Assembly: GCA_964016885.1 (NCBI GenBank)
Contig: OZ024742.1
Location: forward strand, 297,538,001 to 297,602,000
Reading direction: 5' to 3'
From: Eledone cirrhosa
Taxonomy: Eukaryota
Length of the DNA stretch: 64,000 nucleotides
The notes below the pieces were generated by a model that ran no database searches, was not told where the DNA came from, and saw only the letters and a list, made by a program, of their open reading frames with translations. How positions within the stretch are numbered: position 1 is the stretch's first letter; every line of letters starts with the position of its first letter. Both the position numbers and the translations under genes were made by a program. Of the stretch, positions 13,952 to 27,859 are shown piece after piece.

Positions 13952-15544
13952 ATTATGAATGGTTTCAGTGTAATATTAGTGAAAGAGTATGAACAATGTA
14001 TTGTTTAGCCAGTGTCTTCAGTCTATTAAGTGTTTAGTACAGAATTTGAATGAAAGGAATATAAGCCACACCATTTATATTTAGCTGTTGAAAATTTAGT
14101 TGAAACACTAGTTAGTCTCTTGTTTTATTACATATATTTGAAAGGCTAAAAAAATATTCTTGTAAATCTATAATGCTGAAAGAGAATAGTGATGTGTAGA
14201 CTGAATGCATAAAACCATTGTATATCAGAATATTGATTTAGATTTATGCTTTTGTATGAAACACAGGTTTCTCTTTGACACTTAGATTTTATCTTACAAC
14301 TGAAAGCAGTATCTCTGTTCCACTAAGATGAGTAATTCTATAAATTGTGTAGGGTAGAGGAGAGATTAGGTTTGTGTGTATATTTGCAAAGGTAGCCTTG
14401 GAATTGTGTTTACAAATCTTTTTATTACAATAACTGTGCAGATGTTTTGTCCGTTTGTGACATGAATGCTATGATCTGTCAAAAACGTTCTAAGATTTTT
14501 GTTTAGAATTCATGGAATACAGATGTAAGACCAAAAGGAGGAAGTACAACTGTTTTAAATGTTCTAAAATTAGTTCATTCATACCAGAAATCAGTATTCT
14601 GCCAATGATATTTTTCTCTCTTTTTCTCTATCTATTAATTCACGTATGGATGCATGTATGGATGCACATATGGATGTACATATAGATGTACATATGAATG
14701 GATGTATGTACGTATATATAAATATATACAATTTCATATCAAAGGTATTGGCTGGTGTATTCAAGAAATACCTGAAAACATGTGAATAATGAGAAGCATA
14801 GTTAGTGTAAAAGAATCAAGTACTTAGCTCAGACATCAGAATGTTCGAACATCACAAGAACAGCTAGAATGTCTATGTAAATCATTTCAGTATGGAAAAA
14901 CCTCCATAAAAGTCATTAGGGTAATGCTAATGATGAGGATGTAGACCAGTAGCCCATATTCATAGCCTGTAATGATTTAGCAGAATATATCTAAAAATGG
15001 GTTTGCTAATTCAATGTGTGTAGTACAATTACTGGTGGATGAATCATTGTGAAAATTTGCAGCTGTTTTGTAATTTTGCTACTGTGGATTCATGTACTAC
15101 AAGGTGATAAAAGTTAACTAATGCAAAAGGTCTCTAGGCAAAGATTTTGTCAAGTTTAGATATTATTTTCATCTTTATTTAGCAACTATGGTGAGTTATC
15201 TATTCTGAAACCTAAACTATTTGGAAACCTTTATTCAGCTAAATTTTGTAAAGTGCATTCAGTACAATATTTTTACAATCGTTTGAAGCATATATACAAA
15301 ATTATAAAAATAATCTTTCTACTCACTAATTTAATAATTTTATCAAATTTTTAATCTCTTTAACAACTAGCTTGTACATTTTGAAAAAAAGTGCTGTCAG
15401 GTTTCACCAGATTTTGCTATATTCAGAGTTACTCAAAAGAAATACTGGCTCCAATTTTGTTTTTGTCCACATTATTCATTTAACTCTGATGAAATTCTGA
15501 TTATATTTAGCTCAAACCAATACAAACCATATATCAAAAATCCT

Positions 15545-16330
15545 TTATCTTCTGATGTTTCTCTTCTGAGTTACTACATCTTCCCAGTGATCCCCATTTG
15601 AATCAGTGCATGTTTTGAGGCACCTGGTGAAGTTTAGCCTAACAACTTTACAAACAGATTTAGGGATGGCTCTGATCTCCCCACTGATGTTTTCCTTTAG
15701 TTCAGTGTTTGTTGACATATACCCTATCATTTAAATAGCCCCAAAGAAAGATATCTGGAATGTTTAAATCAGTCTTCAAATTGATCACACAATTTCCAAA
15801 ATAATTTTTCAGCCATTCTCACAAATCATTGGAGGTGTGAGGGCTTGCTCCATTTTGCTGGAACCAGAACATATTCATTAGAGATGAGTACATGGTCTGT
15901 AGCTCTTTTTAAAGTCTTCCAGTACTTCTACATAGCGTTCTTTTTGTGTCTGTAGCAGTGATATTTTCTTCAAAGAAGGATGGGCCAATCAACCCTCTCC
16001 CAGACAGCTTAGAGGAGAGGTTTCACAGCCACTTTAGTGGCTTTCAATGGCCCCTCACCCGAACATATTGTTCTTAGAGGTGATCTTTCCCTCTAAATGA
16101 AAGTTGGATTCATCAGAGTTCTACAGCAGATTGAGAAAATAAGAGTTGTTTTCCATCTCCTCCAGCATTTTCTCAGTCACAGCATTTCTCTTGGTCGTAT
16201 CAGCTACAACAAGCATTTATTTAATCAGTATTCTGTAGATGTAGTTCTTACGATCCTACTGTAAGTTTCTGTGGAGAGATCTAAGGATTGGCTTCTCCTG
16301 CACAGCAATCGTTTTGAGCTCTGTTCAACA
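15545..16330 (-). mobile_element. Decayed Tc1/mariner transposase (rosa/DD41D-like)
   Basis: ..FQQNGASPHTS..DLNIPDIFLWGYLNDRVY..IRAIP..V.LNFTRCLKTC..NGDHWED matches WFQQDGA.H / SPDL.P.DFFLWGYLK..VY. TIRs not found. Confidence 0.8.
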
Positions 16331-18717
16331 GACTCTTGGAGCATATCTTCCTGCTAGCAGGGAAAGCGAATGTTTAAAAAAATGATGATGATTATATGTA
16401 TATATATGATAATCAACATAATTTTACATTTGCTTTTTATGCTGGCTTAGGTTATAAGGACCATCATAGTTCTAGATTAGATTTGTCATGGTACCACGTC
16501 TAACTCATATGTTCCACATTTTTTTCTATAGCTGGATACCCTTCCTCCTTTACAGAGTGTACCAGCTGCATTTTATCATGGCACCAGAACTAGCAACGTT
16601 GTCATATGCTTGGCCAGACTAAAGAGTTTTCTGTTCAATTAACATCTACTTTAAATGACAAAAACTCTGTAATGTGGTCATGTTGGTGACATGACAAAAG
16701 CACATAGAACAACCTGTCAGTTCGTCATTTTGTGGCATGATAAAAAGCAACCAGTCCATGGATCATGGAAGGCATCCAACCACAGAAACCAAGCTAGAAC
16801 AGTGCTGAAAGAGCAAGACACAGTCACCTGTTCTGATTTCTCATGTCAGGACAATTCGTCTAGCATGAAAATTTGACGTTAAATGATCACGGTATTCTTC
16901 TAGGAGAAGGCAACTCAGGAAACTAGGATAACTCCGATATAAAACCTGCGGCTCACTAGTTACCGATGATGTTGATCTTTTCTTCTTTTCGAGTTATAGC
17001 TACTGTCGCTCAGAGAGTAGGATTGGCTCAGTGCACAGTCTTTCCTCACTTTAAAAAATATCTTCATGCACAGGCATTGCACGATAGAATTAATTAATAA
17101 TTATTAATAATGGTATAACGTGCAATGGCCATACTCGATAATGAGGTGGCAGCCATGATGTATATATGTATATATGTATATATGTATATATGTGTATGTA
17201 TATATAGTTTTTACTTTATACTCTGAAAGCATGTCCTTAAGTTACCCGATGCTAGTAGAATTAAGTGAAGAATGACATTGATTTTATTCTACAAAGGAGA
17301 CTTACAAAAAATGTGTAAATCTCATACAGAATTTCTTATAAAACAGAATTTCACTAAGAAATATTATTATATGCCTTAGATTAATACACATCTGACTAAT
17401 GTTTTGTTGATGTTTCATTCTAATGTAATTCTTCTTATGGGCATAATATAAAATTGACTACAACGTTTTTTATGGAAGGTAATAGGAAATGAAAACCAAT
17501 AAGTTAAATTCTACATAATGCAAATTGACATGATCTAATGTTTATTCCACTAAACTTATTTTAATGTAAGTGGGTGCAGGCATGGGTGTGTGTGTGTGGT
17601 TAGATGTTTACTTTGCAACTGTATATTTATGAGATTCATCTCATTGTGCAGCAGCTTGGGCTGCTTCATCTTTCATATATATTAACATTGCGCATCCATC
17701 GACATATGCTCCCTTTATTTCTCACCAGCCTTCGCATATCCTATATATATGCAATATCACATATCATATACAGGCATCAGACAGTTGCCCTTTTGTTTGT
17801 GGAAACATTTTGTTGTCAACAGAAGTAGTAGCTTCCTGTTCTGTTCTTATTCTAGTTAATATGCTCTCTGAGCAACCTACTCCACTTTTAATTTAATCAA
17901 CTGGGTAACATAAACAATCAACCACTTCTCTGGATCCTCTCTGGAATTTGAACAAGTTTATTTCACAGATTCTTCTACTACCAACTATCTCTGTGTGACT
18001 GCTACATACAATGTCGACCTTTTCTGTTAGTCTACCAGCTATCTTTCTATACAACTTGTGTACCCAAGATTTACGTTGTGTACATCATATAGAGTTTCTG
18101 TCTCCCCCTTTCCTACATATTGAGAAATACCACTTTCCTGAAGCAGTCAAGGTCTTGTCTCAGTTCCTACTTAATAATTATCAATTCATGTGGTGTTGTT
18201 TCCTTGCTATTAACATAGTGTCCTCTATAAGTCATAAATGTGTATACTCCTAAGTATAACTATTCCATCTCATTGAGTTACTAATGAATAGTCAGTGCTG
18301 CTTGAATTGTCTTTGCAAGCTTCAAAAAACCTAATTATATATATAGGCTGAAACATGGCTGTGTGCTTTGGTGCTAACATGGCAGGCATAGTTAAGGAGT
18401 TTGTTTTACACCCATGTGGTTTCTGATTCAGTCTCTCTGGGTGGAACCTTGGGCAAGTGTTTCCACTCATTTCTTTGGTAGATAAATAATGTCCTGTGAG
18501 TGAAATTTGGTTGATTGAAACTGCAAAGAAGCCTTATATATATATCATTATCATCACCATTTAACGTCCATTTTTCTATGCTTGCATGGGTTAGATGGGT
18601 CATCTGAGTCAAGAAACAAGTCTGGCAAGGATTATCCACGCCAAACCTTGCTCTGGTGGGACTGTAAATTGGCTGGGGTTTTTACTGCTGGATGCTCTTC
18701 CTAACACCAACCACATT

Positions 18718-18763
<46 letters not shown>

Positions 18764-18781
18764 TTATATATATATATATAT

Positions 18782-18928
18782 ATAGGAAAAGAGTTAGGAC
18801 CCTGAAAGCTGAGCTCTGGCCATTTTGACAGGGGTCCTGACTCTTTTCCTATTAGCCACTCTACTACCCTAAGTATCGAGTACTCTGGTGCATTATGGTC
18901 CACCTTGTTTCTTACCACACTTTCTTTG

Positions 18929-18930
<2 letters not shown>
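18782..18930 (+). mobile_element. Short pLTR-like repeat (family 4) with fold-back, inside (TA)n
   Basis: Homologous to 62827-62925 and 63611-63975; inverted arms 18782-18804 and 18829-18852. Confidence 0.75.
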
Positions 18931-18986
<56 letters not shown>

Positions 18987-19554
18987 TAAACAGACACATA
19001 TAATTATAATCTCATCGACTTTTGGCTTTTGAAGAATGAAGAAAATTCTTAGTTGGTTTGGATGTATCACATGCACTCACACACACTGTATTTCATTGTT
19101 AAAATAAACTGGATCTTCTACTGAATTAGTAGTCAAGCATTCTTTCTTATTTAATCTACATTACTTATATAAACGTTTTATCCCCCCACCCCACCCCACC
19201 CCCACCGTCTTCTCCCTCTCCCCATTTCACCCATATTGACACATGAAAGTTGTCTTCTACAGTTGCAATCAACTTATCCCTTTCTGATCTTCAGAACAAG
19301 TCAATTATGTTAGTTAAAGCAGAGAAAATTGAGAGTTACCTTTTCAATAAAAGTATTCTTTTTTTTTATATACAAGATTATAAATGAAAATCTTGAATTT
19401 TGTTTTGAAGTGAAAATAAATCAGTCTGCCAAATATGTCACTTAAAATCAATCAATTTCATTTTTCTTCTTCCCCTTCCCCAACTAAATCTTGCTATTCT
19501 ATTCAAAGAAAAGCTGAATTGTCAGATTACTATCTTTAAATGTTTGTAGATACC

Positions 19555-19723
<169 letters not shown>

Positions 19724-21432
19724 GAGAAAAGTGGGGAGAGATTTACATATTGTGAGCATGGTTTGTTTTTTGTTTCAAATCCTAAATTATAGGGAAAGGT
19801 AGCAAGATTCTAGGAGGAAAAAAATATGAAATAAGCTTTTTCTTAAATCCAAGAATTTGGAAGACTTGTTTCCCAATTATGATATGCTTTGAATTTAGAA
19901 TTATTTTTTATTTAATTTTTGATATTTTTTTAGAAATAAAATTTTCATTTTCTAAATAAACTTAGAAATACATTTTTGCCTTTATTTTTCCATACTTTCA
20001 TGGGTTGGATGGGTCCTCTCAAACAGTGTTTTGCTGCTTGTTATCTCCCTTCATCAACTTTGTTGCATTCAACATACTGAGATCAATGTTCACGACTTCT
20101 GCCTATATCTTTTTCAGTCTTTCTCCTCCACAGTTTTCTTACACTTGGAAATCTTGTCATGTCTTTACCCAACTGATATTACATGTCTAACCAATGCAGT
20201 TTACCCAACTGATATTACATGACTAACCAATGCAGTTTTCTCTCCTGCACACATCTGATTCCTCATTTACCCAGGTTTTCTGTCAACTCCTTTTTGCTTC
20301 ATTGATCATGCACACTAATATCTATTATATGTATGTGTGCACATTTATTTGCAATCTTATCCACAAAAATGCCACCTCAGAACTTCAGGGAATTCATGTA
20401 ATTAATTCTTAACATCCTGTATAAAATAAATACACATTGGCAGGACATCCTTGAACAATAAAAAAAAAAAACAGCACTATAATTGTTAAATTAAACATTA
20501 AAATCTTTACTTTAGTTAACTGCAAATTTTCACAATAATCTGTCTACTGATAATGATAATATAAACATCTGTATTAAAAAAACATACACTTTTTAAGGGT
20601 ATTTTCTGCTAAATCATTGCAGGACGAGTTATAGGCTAAAAATAAGTAAACTGTATTTCAAATTTTTTTTTAACAATTATCAATACAATTTATATAACGC
20701 TTTCATACCGAAAACGCAAACACATATAATATATACAAATATAAACACAAAAAGATAGATAAAAAGTACATTAAAAAGCAGACGAAATGGGGGGGGGGGG
20801 GGTGAATTTACCACTAAGTGTGACAGTCGGCCACACATATTGAAAATTTGCCAAACTGATCTGTTATTATTTAACCCCCATGTTTCTGAGACTTGGACAA
20901 TTCTGCCAACATCATTTGACCATTTTTCATTGTGTATTTTGGACTGCATTAATCAATATGTTTTTGCTTTTTTCAAAGGACAAGGTGTTGTTTGAAGGAT
21001 TTGGTTGCTATTTCTTGCAAGTTGTACAACACACCTAAAAGCTTCACAATGGCTGTTAAACTGATGTTACCTTAATAGCTGATATTTTTTCCTAAAGGTA
21101 GATTAAATTCTTAGTTCTGTTTATACAAGAATACATGTCTGAAAATGATGAAACTTGTATAAATGGTTGTAAATTGTACAAACATTTGGTGCAGTTTATA
21201 TATTCGTGACATGAATTTTGATATCATCTACATTAAACACTAATCATGACAGTTTGGGAATTGAAAGATAGTTTTGTTACTTGCAATTATTGTCTGTTTG
21301 CTACAGGAAAGAAATTATTCCTGAGATCACGAACAATTTTCTAACAGCAATCATAAGATATCTATATAATGCATGATGAACTGAAAATGGCTATTTCATA
21401 TATTATTATATATATACTTAAGATGTATTTAA

Positions 21433-21641
21433 CCCTTTTGATAGCAAAGTGCTTGAAACTGTCTCTGGTTCTACCATATAAAACTGTATATTTTAAAGTG
21501 CTTATAATTATCTGAAAACTATCTATCTTGATTTTATGTAAGAATATTTGTTATGTTGCAAACATCAATTTCTTATTTAGTTTTTAAATTATTTGAAAAT
21601 CAAAGGCAGTACCTTTCTTTATAAATGGTATTATGAAAGGA
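21433..21641 (+). mobile_element. Old piggyBac-type MITE family (TTAA|CCCTTTTGATA..)
   Basis: TTAA at 21429-21432 and 21642-21645. Related decayed copies near 11081, 40077-40297, 45429-45640 and 47240-47470(-). Confidence 0.6.
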
Positions 21642-22840
21642 TTAAGCTCAGTGGGTTGGTTTTGCTGTTGAGTTTTCTGTCAGTAGTTGCAAATAGGTAG
21701 ATAGCAGTAACAATGGAAGCATAGTTCCTTTGATCTGACCTAAAGATTGACTCCATTCCTTTCTGACATCATTCTAGCAGCTGCATTATAGATTGGTTAC
21801 TCTCATAATCATTTCCATGATAGCAGTTGTTAGACATGTTTTGAGGCAGTAATCTATGGTAATACCAAACTTCACTTATCATACTGCTAAGCAGCTGGAT
21901 ATATTGATTATGCAGGATATAAACAAATGCCACTAGTTGCTTTTCAAGCAGTTTCAATTGAAGATATCGTATACATAATGGGCACTCATAGGTAAAATAG
22001 ATCATTCATCCACAGGCATGGCTATAGGTACAGATATGGCTGTGGGGTTAAAGATTTAACTTTGGCTCCATATGGCTTCAAGCTTGATCCCTCTGCTTAG
22101 CACCTTGATCCCTCTGCTTAGCACCATCTTCTACTCTAGTCTAAATCCAATTAATTCGTTTTCAGAGATATTGATAGAAGGGTAAAATTCACCTGGTACA
22201 CTCAGTAAAGTGGTTGGTGTTAAGAATATTAACAAAGACAACCATCCATAGAAATCAAGCCAAATATGGAACATATGATCAAGATGTCATCATCTTCCTC
22301 TCTCTATTTTAAGAGGGAAGAGGTATGTATAATGACCCTAAACATTGGCAACAGTAATAAATAGTAGAGCTAAACTGCTAATTTTCTATCACTAACCAAT
22401 CAATGCTTTGAACTAAGTTAATAACTGAGGAACAAAAATTCTGATTATAACATCTATTATGCTATACCTTTAACTTTCCATATAGAGCTGTAGTCAGTGG
22501 AGGAGAAACTAATTTTCGATTGACAATACATGCAAATGGAATATTTTCATATATTTAATTATATATTTTCTGCATAATTTGGAAAATAAAACAATTTTAA
22601 CATTAAATTCTTTTGAATTCTAATTTTCAAATAACACTGCAGCTGTTATCTAATAGAAGCTTCAATAATGTTCAGTTCTTAATGTCGCTTTTATTCTTAT
22701 TGTCAAATAGCTTTGATAACTTCCATTTTATTTTAAACCCGGGTAATTCACAATGGCCATAATTGTGTACTTCAATATAGTATGTCATAATATTACTAAA
22801 TTTGCTAGTTTTATCAGTTTGATGTGCATATGTATAATAA

Positions 22841-23031
22841 CTGTTTCTACTTTTGGCACAAGGCCAGCAATTACCCAGTGGTAATTACTGATACTTTATT
22901 TTATCGATCCCGTAAGGATGAAAGGCAAAGTTAACCTCAGCAGGATTTGAACTCAGAATGGCAAGGGCCGTAACTCTATGCGTCAAAGCATGGTGTCCAA
23001 CCCTCTACCGATACTGCCAATCTACCGCCCC
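22841..23031 (-). mobile_element. SINE family A with ~17-bp TSD
   Basis: GTGCATATRTATAATAA at 22824-22840 and 23032-23048. Confidence 0.9.
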
Positions 23032-23049
23032 GTGCATATATATAATAAT

Positions 23050-23960
23050 GATAACAGTCCAGATATGCAGCTGTGATATCAAAAAGGAATTTGAGGGTTC
23101 CAAATGCTCTGTACTCAATACAAAAAGAGGGGAAAAGGCAACTTGGAGTGGATTAAAGCTACCATTGGGAAAACTATCAGGAAACCAAAAGATAATGACT
23201 ACAAGTATTTGAGGATTTTAGAACTGGATGATATTTTATATGCAGAAATGAAAGAAAAAGTTAGAGATATTTAAAAGAGTAAAAATCATTTTAACCCTTT
23301 AACATTTAAACCGGCCATATCCAGCCATAATTCTCTCACCTCTTTCTGTTCAAACTGCCTATAACTGGCCACTCATACTGATGTTAAGGTATTGTTCTCA
23401 AAATAAATAACATCAAAATCTCATAGTTCGATATTATGTAAGATAAAGCCTTTACCACAAAAAATACAATAGTATATATGGAGTAATCTAAATGCTAAGG
23501 GGTTAAAATCCAAACTGAATGCAGGAAATCTCATCCCTACAATGAATATGTGGCAGTGGTTAGATATAGTGCATCCATTCCCAGGTGATATGAAGAAGAA
23601 ATATCAAAGTTGCATAGAAAGACAAGACAGTTAACTACATTGTACAGAGGTTTACAGCAAATATGAATAGATTTTACATAAAGAGAAAGAATGGTTGTAG
23701 ACATCTAATCAATGTAGAGTATTGTTCAGGGAGTGAAAGAAGAATGCTTGCAGAATATTGTGTAAACAGTAATCAAGAGTTGTAATATGCAGCAGAAGAC
23801 AATTGGTTGGTTAGGAAGAGTTTAACCAAAGAGAAAAGATTTTCTGAAAATGAGAATGAAGGGTCAGTTAAAAAGAAATACACAGGATATCAAAGATAAA
23901 ATAGCATCATGAATAGCAATTTTAGCAAAGATAAATTAACATCATGCAAGGCAATTTGAA
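23050..23960 (+). mobile_element. Decayed R4/Dong-like LINE RT region, split by a MITE
   Basis: Motifs EF..SKC, DYKYLRILE, KRVKIILKSKLNAGNLI..VRYSA, RFYIKRKNGCRHLINVE. Confidence 0.75.
23295..23502 (+). mobile_element. piggyBac-type MITE with TTAA TSD
   Basis: TTAA|CCCTTTAACATTTA ... TAAATGCTAAGGGG|TTAA. Excision restores the host LINE frame IILKSKL. Confidence 0.9.
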
Positions 23961-24019
23961 GCATTCCACTAAAAGCTTTATAATTGAAGTACTATACAAT
24001 TAAGACATGTGAATATATT

Positions 24020-25020
24020 GTTGTATGTAGGTTGGCGCCTGTAGAATAGTCTCCTCAATGAACGTCCCAAGTGTGCAAGCTGTATATTCAAGTCGTTCTT
24101 TCAGATGGCTGGTCTGATGGCAGCAGTCATCTTCTCATTGAAATGCAGCAGATTTAAGTAGCATATATTACCTCAATGGGAACATGTCCTCCTTGTTCTT
24201 TTAAGTGTTGCTGCCTGGTATTTCAGTGTTTGGTGAGAGAAGTATGGTAGCCGTTCTCAGTGAGAACTCTCTGGACTTCAACCGTTCTGGTATGTATTGT
24301 CACTACCCTCACTGCTTCTGTTGCACATCCATGAGACCTCATTCTGTATTAAGGCCAGTTTGGCTCTGTAGAAAAGGGCAGAATGATGGTGCACAAAAAT
24401 ATCTCTTCAGGCATCCTTCTTGTAAAACCTGGTATATATGTATCACTCTTCTGTACCTCTTAGTGTAAAGTCTTGTATAGAGAGAGATCTAGTTTTGTCT
24501 GGGTGTTCAACCTCAAAATTCACGTGTGTATTTACGGTTTTGAAGACATTAACCTTGACGGCTTCTTCAGATGATGAAGTGAGCATAAGGATATCATCCA
24601 CATACCTAAAGAAGAAGGAGCAAGAGTGGCAGGTGGGGAGTGCTCTGTGATCCAACTGGTCTATGTACATGATAGCCAGCAGGCCTAAGAGACTTTACCT
24701 CATCGGAAGTCCTGATATTTGTTTGCAAACACCAAGTGCAACACCGGTTTCAAACTAGAAAAAGGTGTTGTTCATGAATGTTAGCATCTGTGAGCCTGAA
24801 GCTATTGACGTACTGTAGGGAACATGATGTTGTCCATAATTTAGTTGAAGGCCAGGCAGACGGCAGTTGTGTAGAGAGAAACTAAGTCTAAACTAAGTGG
24901 ATATCTACTTTAAGTGCAGTGGGTTTAATTTCTTTTAGTCTGTTGATTAGTTCCTGTGAGCTGAACGTTTGAAGGGAAAGTTTGAGAAGTCTGAAGAGAA
25001 GCCAGGAAATGTTGTAAGAA
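24020..25020 (-). mobile_element. Decayed Penelope-like element (RT to GIY-YIG end)
   Basis: PLSLDLVSLYTT, KQISGLPM, LAIMYIDQLD, FFRYVDDIL, VNFEVEHP are PLE RT motifs; stops and frameshifts present. Confidence 0.85.
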
Positions 25021-25231
25021 AGACCATTAAAATAGTAATAATATTAATTTTCCTCATTATGTATCATTGTTGTTGTTGCACTCATTATTATCACCATTAT
25101 ATACCTTCTGTCATAGACATTGTTACAATTTCTATACTTTAGCAAGGTTATTGCTTCCAACATCATCCTTGCCTTTTACTAACTTCATTACAAAATTAAT
25201 GAGATTAGAATTTTTTTCTTATACACCATGG

Positions 25232-25395
25232 CTATCATCATCATCATCATCACTCATCGACTACTGTCGAGATGATGGATCTCACTCTCATGCCCCAGAA
25301 TCTCCTGTCCCCCATCGCTGCCCCCAGGTCCTGTCTGCTGATTCCCGTATCCCTAGAGATAACATCAGGGAATGACAGCTTCCTACTCCTAGTAG
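25232..25395 (-). mobile_element. RTE-type LINE 3' end
   Basis: ..FPDVISRDTG..LGAAMGDRRFW..* followed by a (TGA)n tail. Confidence 0.75.
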
Positions 25396-26033
25396 TGTAA
25401 ACTATGAAATGCTGTATCTCTCGATTTTTGCATGTTATATTTTGTATAAACAAACCAATCTTGCACACACATACATTGTGGGCCAAATTGAAAAATAGAA
25501 TCAAAGAGGGAGAGGGTTGGTGTTGGAGATGTGGGAGTGTAGCATGACTACCAGGGGTTCAAAGATGGCACCCAGAAAAGCCCAAACCAGTTTGGCTGGA
25601 AAATTGCACATGGTGATAATGGGGCAGCCTGGGGTTGTCAATTTTATAGATTTTGTGGAAGAAATATATGGTAGAGGTGTGGGGTGTGTGAACAAAATGG
25701 TTGGTGGCTGTGTGTGTGTGGGGGGGGGAGATCAGTGACGAGGTGATGAGTCTGCATAAAGTGGAGGAAATCCATTACTGGTACGCAGGGGTGGTAAAAG
25801 AGGGCGTTGCAGAGTTGCCTTCATTTCGTAGATATTGGCACGCCATATGACCACAGCAATGCCTTTGTCAGCCAATTTGATGATGATATCATCAAGCTAT
25901 CAGAGAGAGCCGAGGGAAGCAATTTCAGCTTGGGAGATATTGCTCCATTGGAAGGTTTTTCTGAATGTCGAACCAATTCAATACTCGATGGCAGGTATCA
26001 ACAAACATGTCTAGGGCACTGATATATATCATT

Positions 26034-26065
<32 letters not shown>

Positions 26066-26356
26066 CCCATGCTAGCATGGGAAATGGATGTTAACAGATG
26101 ATGATGATGATGATATATATACATTTACATATATATTTACATATATATATCACCATCATCACTGTTTAACGTCCATTTTCCATGCTAGCGTTTTATATAT
26201 ATATATATATATATATATAAAAGCAAAGTGATATTCAATTTGTTGGTAATTCAACAAATATATATATTTATAACAGATTCGAAGCACTCAACAAGTTTTC
26301 TGGAGTAAAATATCAATGATATTAATAAATGGAAACTATATTTATAAAACCATATT

Positions 26357-26417
26357 TATTCTATTATATATATTTCAAGGGTACCAAAACTTTGGTACGC
26401 TCTCATCAGATAAAATA
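26357..26417 (-). ncRNA. Minimal type I hammerhead ribozyme (family 1), copy a
   Basis: Minus: TATTTTAT CTGATGA gagcGTACCAAAg-TTTTGGTACcctt GAAA TATATA TA ATAGAATA. Confidence 0.8.
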
Positions 26418-26659
26418 CAGAGCTTGTTTTATAAATATTGACATATCCAGGAATGAGACCTTAACGGTTCAAGTTTTACCTGGATAGTAAAAGGAAAAAG
26501 GGGAAGAGAAGAAAAAACAAATATTAAGATGAATATGCAAATGAGGTTGAGGCATAGGGCTGAAAAAACGTTATTTTTAGACGCTAGGTACATTTAAATA
26601 ATTATTAGGATATATATATGTACGTATAGGAAGAAGAAAGAGAAAGAAAGAAAAGTTTG

Positions 26660-26720
26660 TATTTTATCTGATGAGGGCGTACCAAAGTGTTGGTACCCTT
26701 GAAATATATATAATAGAATA
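26660..26720 (+). ncRNA. Minimal type I hammerhead ribozyme (family 1), copy b
   Basis: TATTTTAT(26660-67) CTGATGA(26668-74) stem II gggcGTACCAA-agtg-TTGGTACcctt, GAAA(26701-04), palindromic TATATA, TA, ATAGAATA pairing stem I. Confidence 0.82.
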
Positions 26721-26763
26721 AATATGGTTTTATAAATATAGTTTCCATTTATTAATATCATTG

Positions 26764-26805
<42 letters not shown>

Positions 26806-27275
26806 GCATATTATATATTTTATATAATATAATAATGGAACTTCAAACATGAAATTGTTGATCCAGTGCAATAGAATTCATGTGAATTTGTACTAATCCA
26901 CAGGGAAACACTATGGCAAATGATATTATCATCATCATCATGATTTTTAATCTTTGTTTTTATTTTTTAACATTGGAAATAATTTGATAGATCTGCTACT
27001 CATTATATTACTACTCATCTCTATCCTTCATCATTCCACCAAGAAACCCAATCTCAAGAGATCTGATCATAATACATTTTCCTCTAATCTTCCTATATGT
27101 ATCTTCCACTATATGTATCTTCCCATGTCAACACACTGTAATTTTTCTACTAGCATTTTCATTATTGATTTGCATCACATCTACATAATTGCACAGCCCT
27201 TTCCTTGCATACATTAGCTCATACCTTTATACTTTTAATGTTTTGTCACTATTATTATCTATTATTATCTGTCAG

Positions 27276-27464
27276 AGGGCGGTGGATTGGCAGTATCAGT
27301 AGAGGGTCAGACACCATGCTTTGAAGCATAGAGTTACGGTCTTTTATGTTCAGAGTTCAAATCCCGCCGAGGTTAACTTCACCTTTCATCCTTACGGGGT
27401 TGATAGAATAAAGTACCAGTAATGCACTGGGTAATTTGCTGGCCTTGTGCCAACAGTAGAAACA
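27276..27464 (+). mobile_element. SINE family A with 15-bp TSD, followed by an older SINE head
   Basis: ATTATTATCTGTCAG at 27261-27275 and 27465-27479. Confidence 0.92.
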
Positions 27465-27591
27465 ATTATTATCTGTCAGTGGATTGGCAGTATCAGTAGA
27501 GTGTCAGACACAATGTATGGATATGATGTACCTATTCTAAACACACAGTATACTTACACACAAATATATCATCATTATTGTTTAACATCGC

Positions 27592-27785
27592 AGGCGGTGG
27601 ATTGGAGATTTTGGTAGAGGGTTGGACACCATGCTTTGCAGTATAGTTATGGCCCTTTGCATTCTGAGTTCAAATCCCACTGAGGTTAAATTTGCTTTTC
27701 ATCCTTACGGGGTCGATAAAATAAAGCACCAGAATGCACTGGGGTAATTGCTGGCCATGTGACAAAGGTAGAAACAATTATTATC
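27592..27785 (+). mobile_element. SINE family A
   Basis: Full-length homology to other copies. Confidence 0.9.
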
Positions 27786-27859
27786 TGTCTTTCATTCAAG
27801 TGAAGGAATGTGCTGTTCATTTCTGATAAAATATGAGACTCAATATTCTTTAAAGTGCA

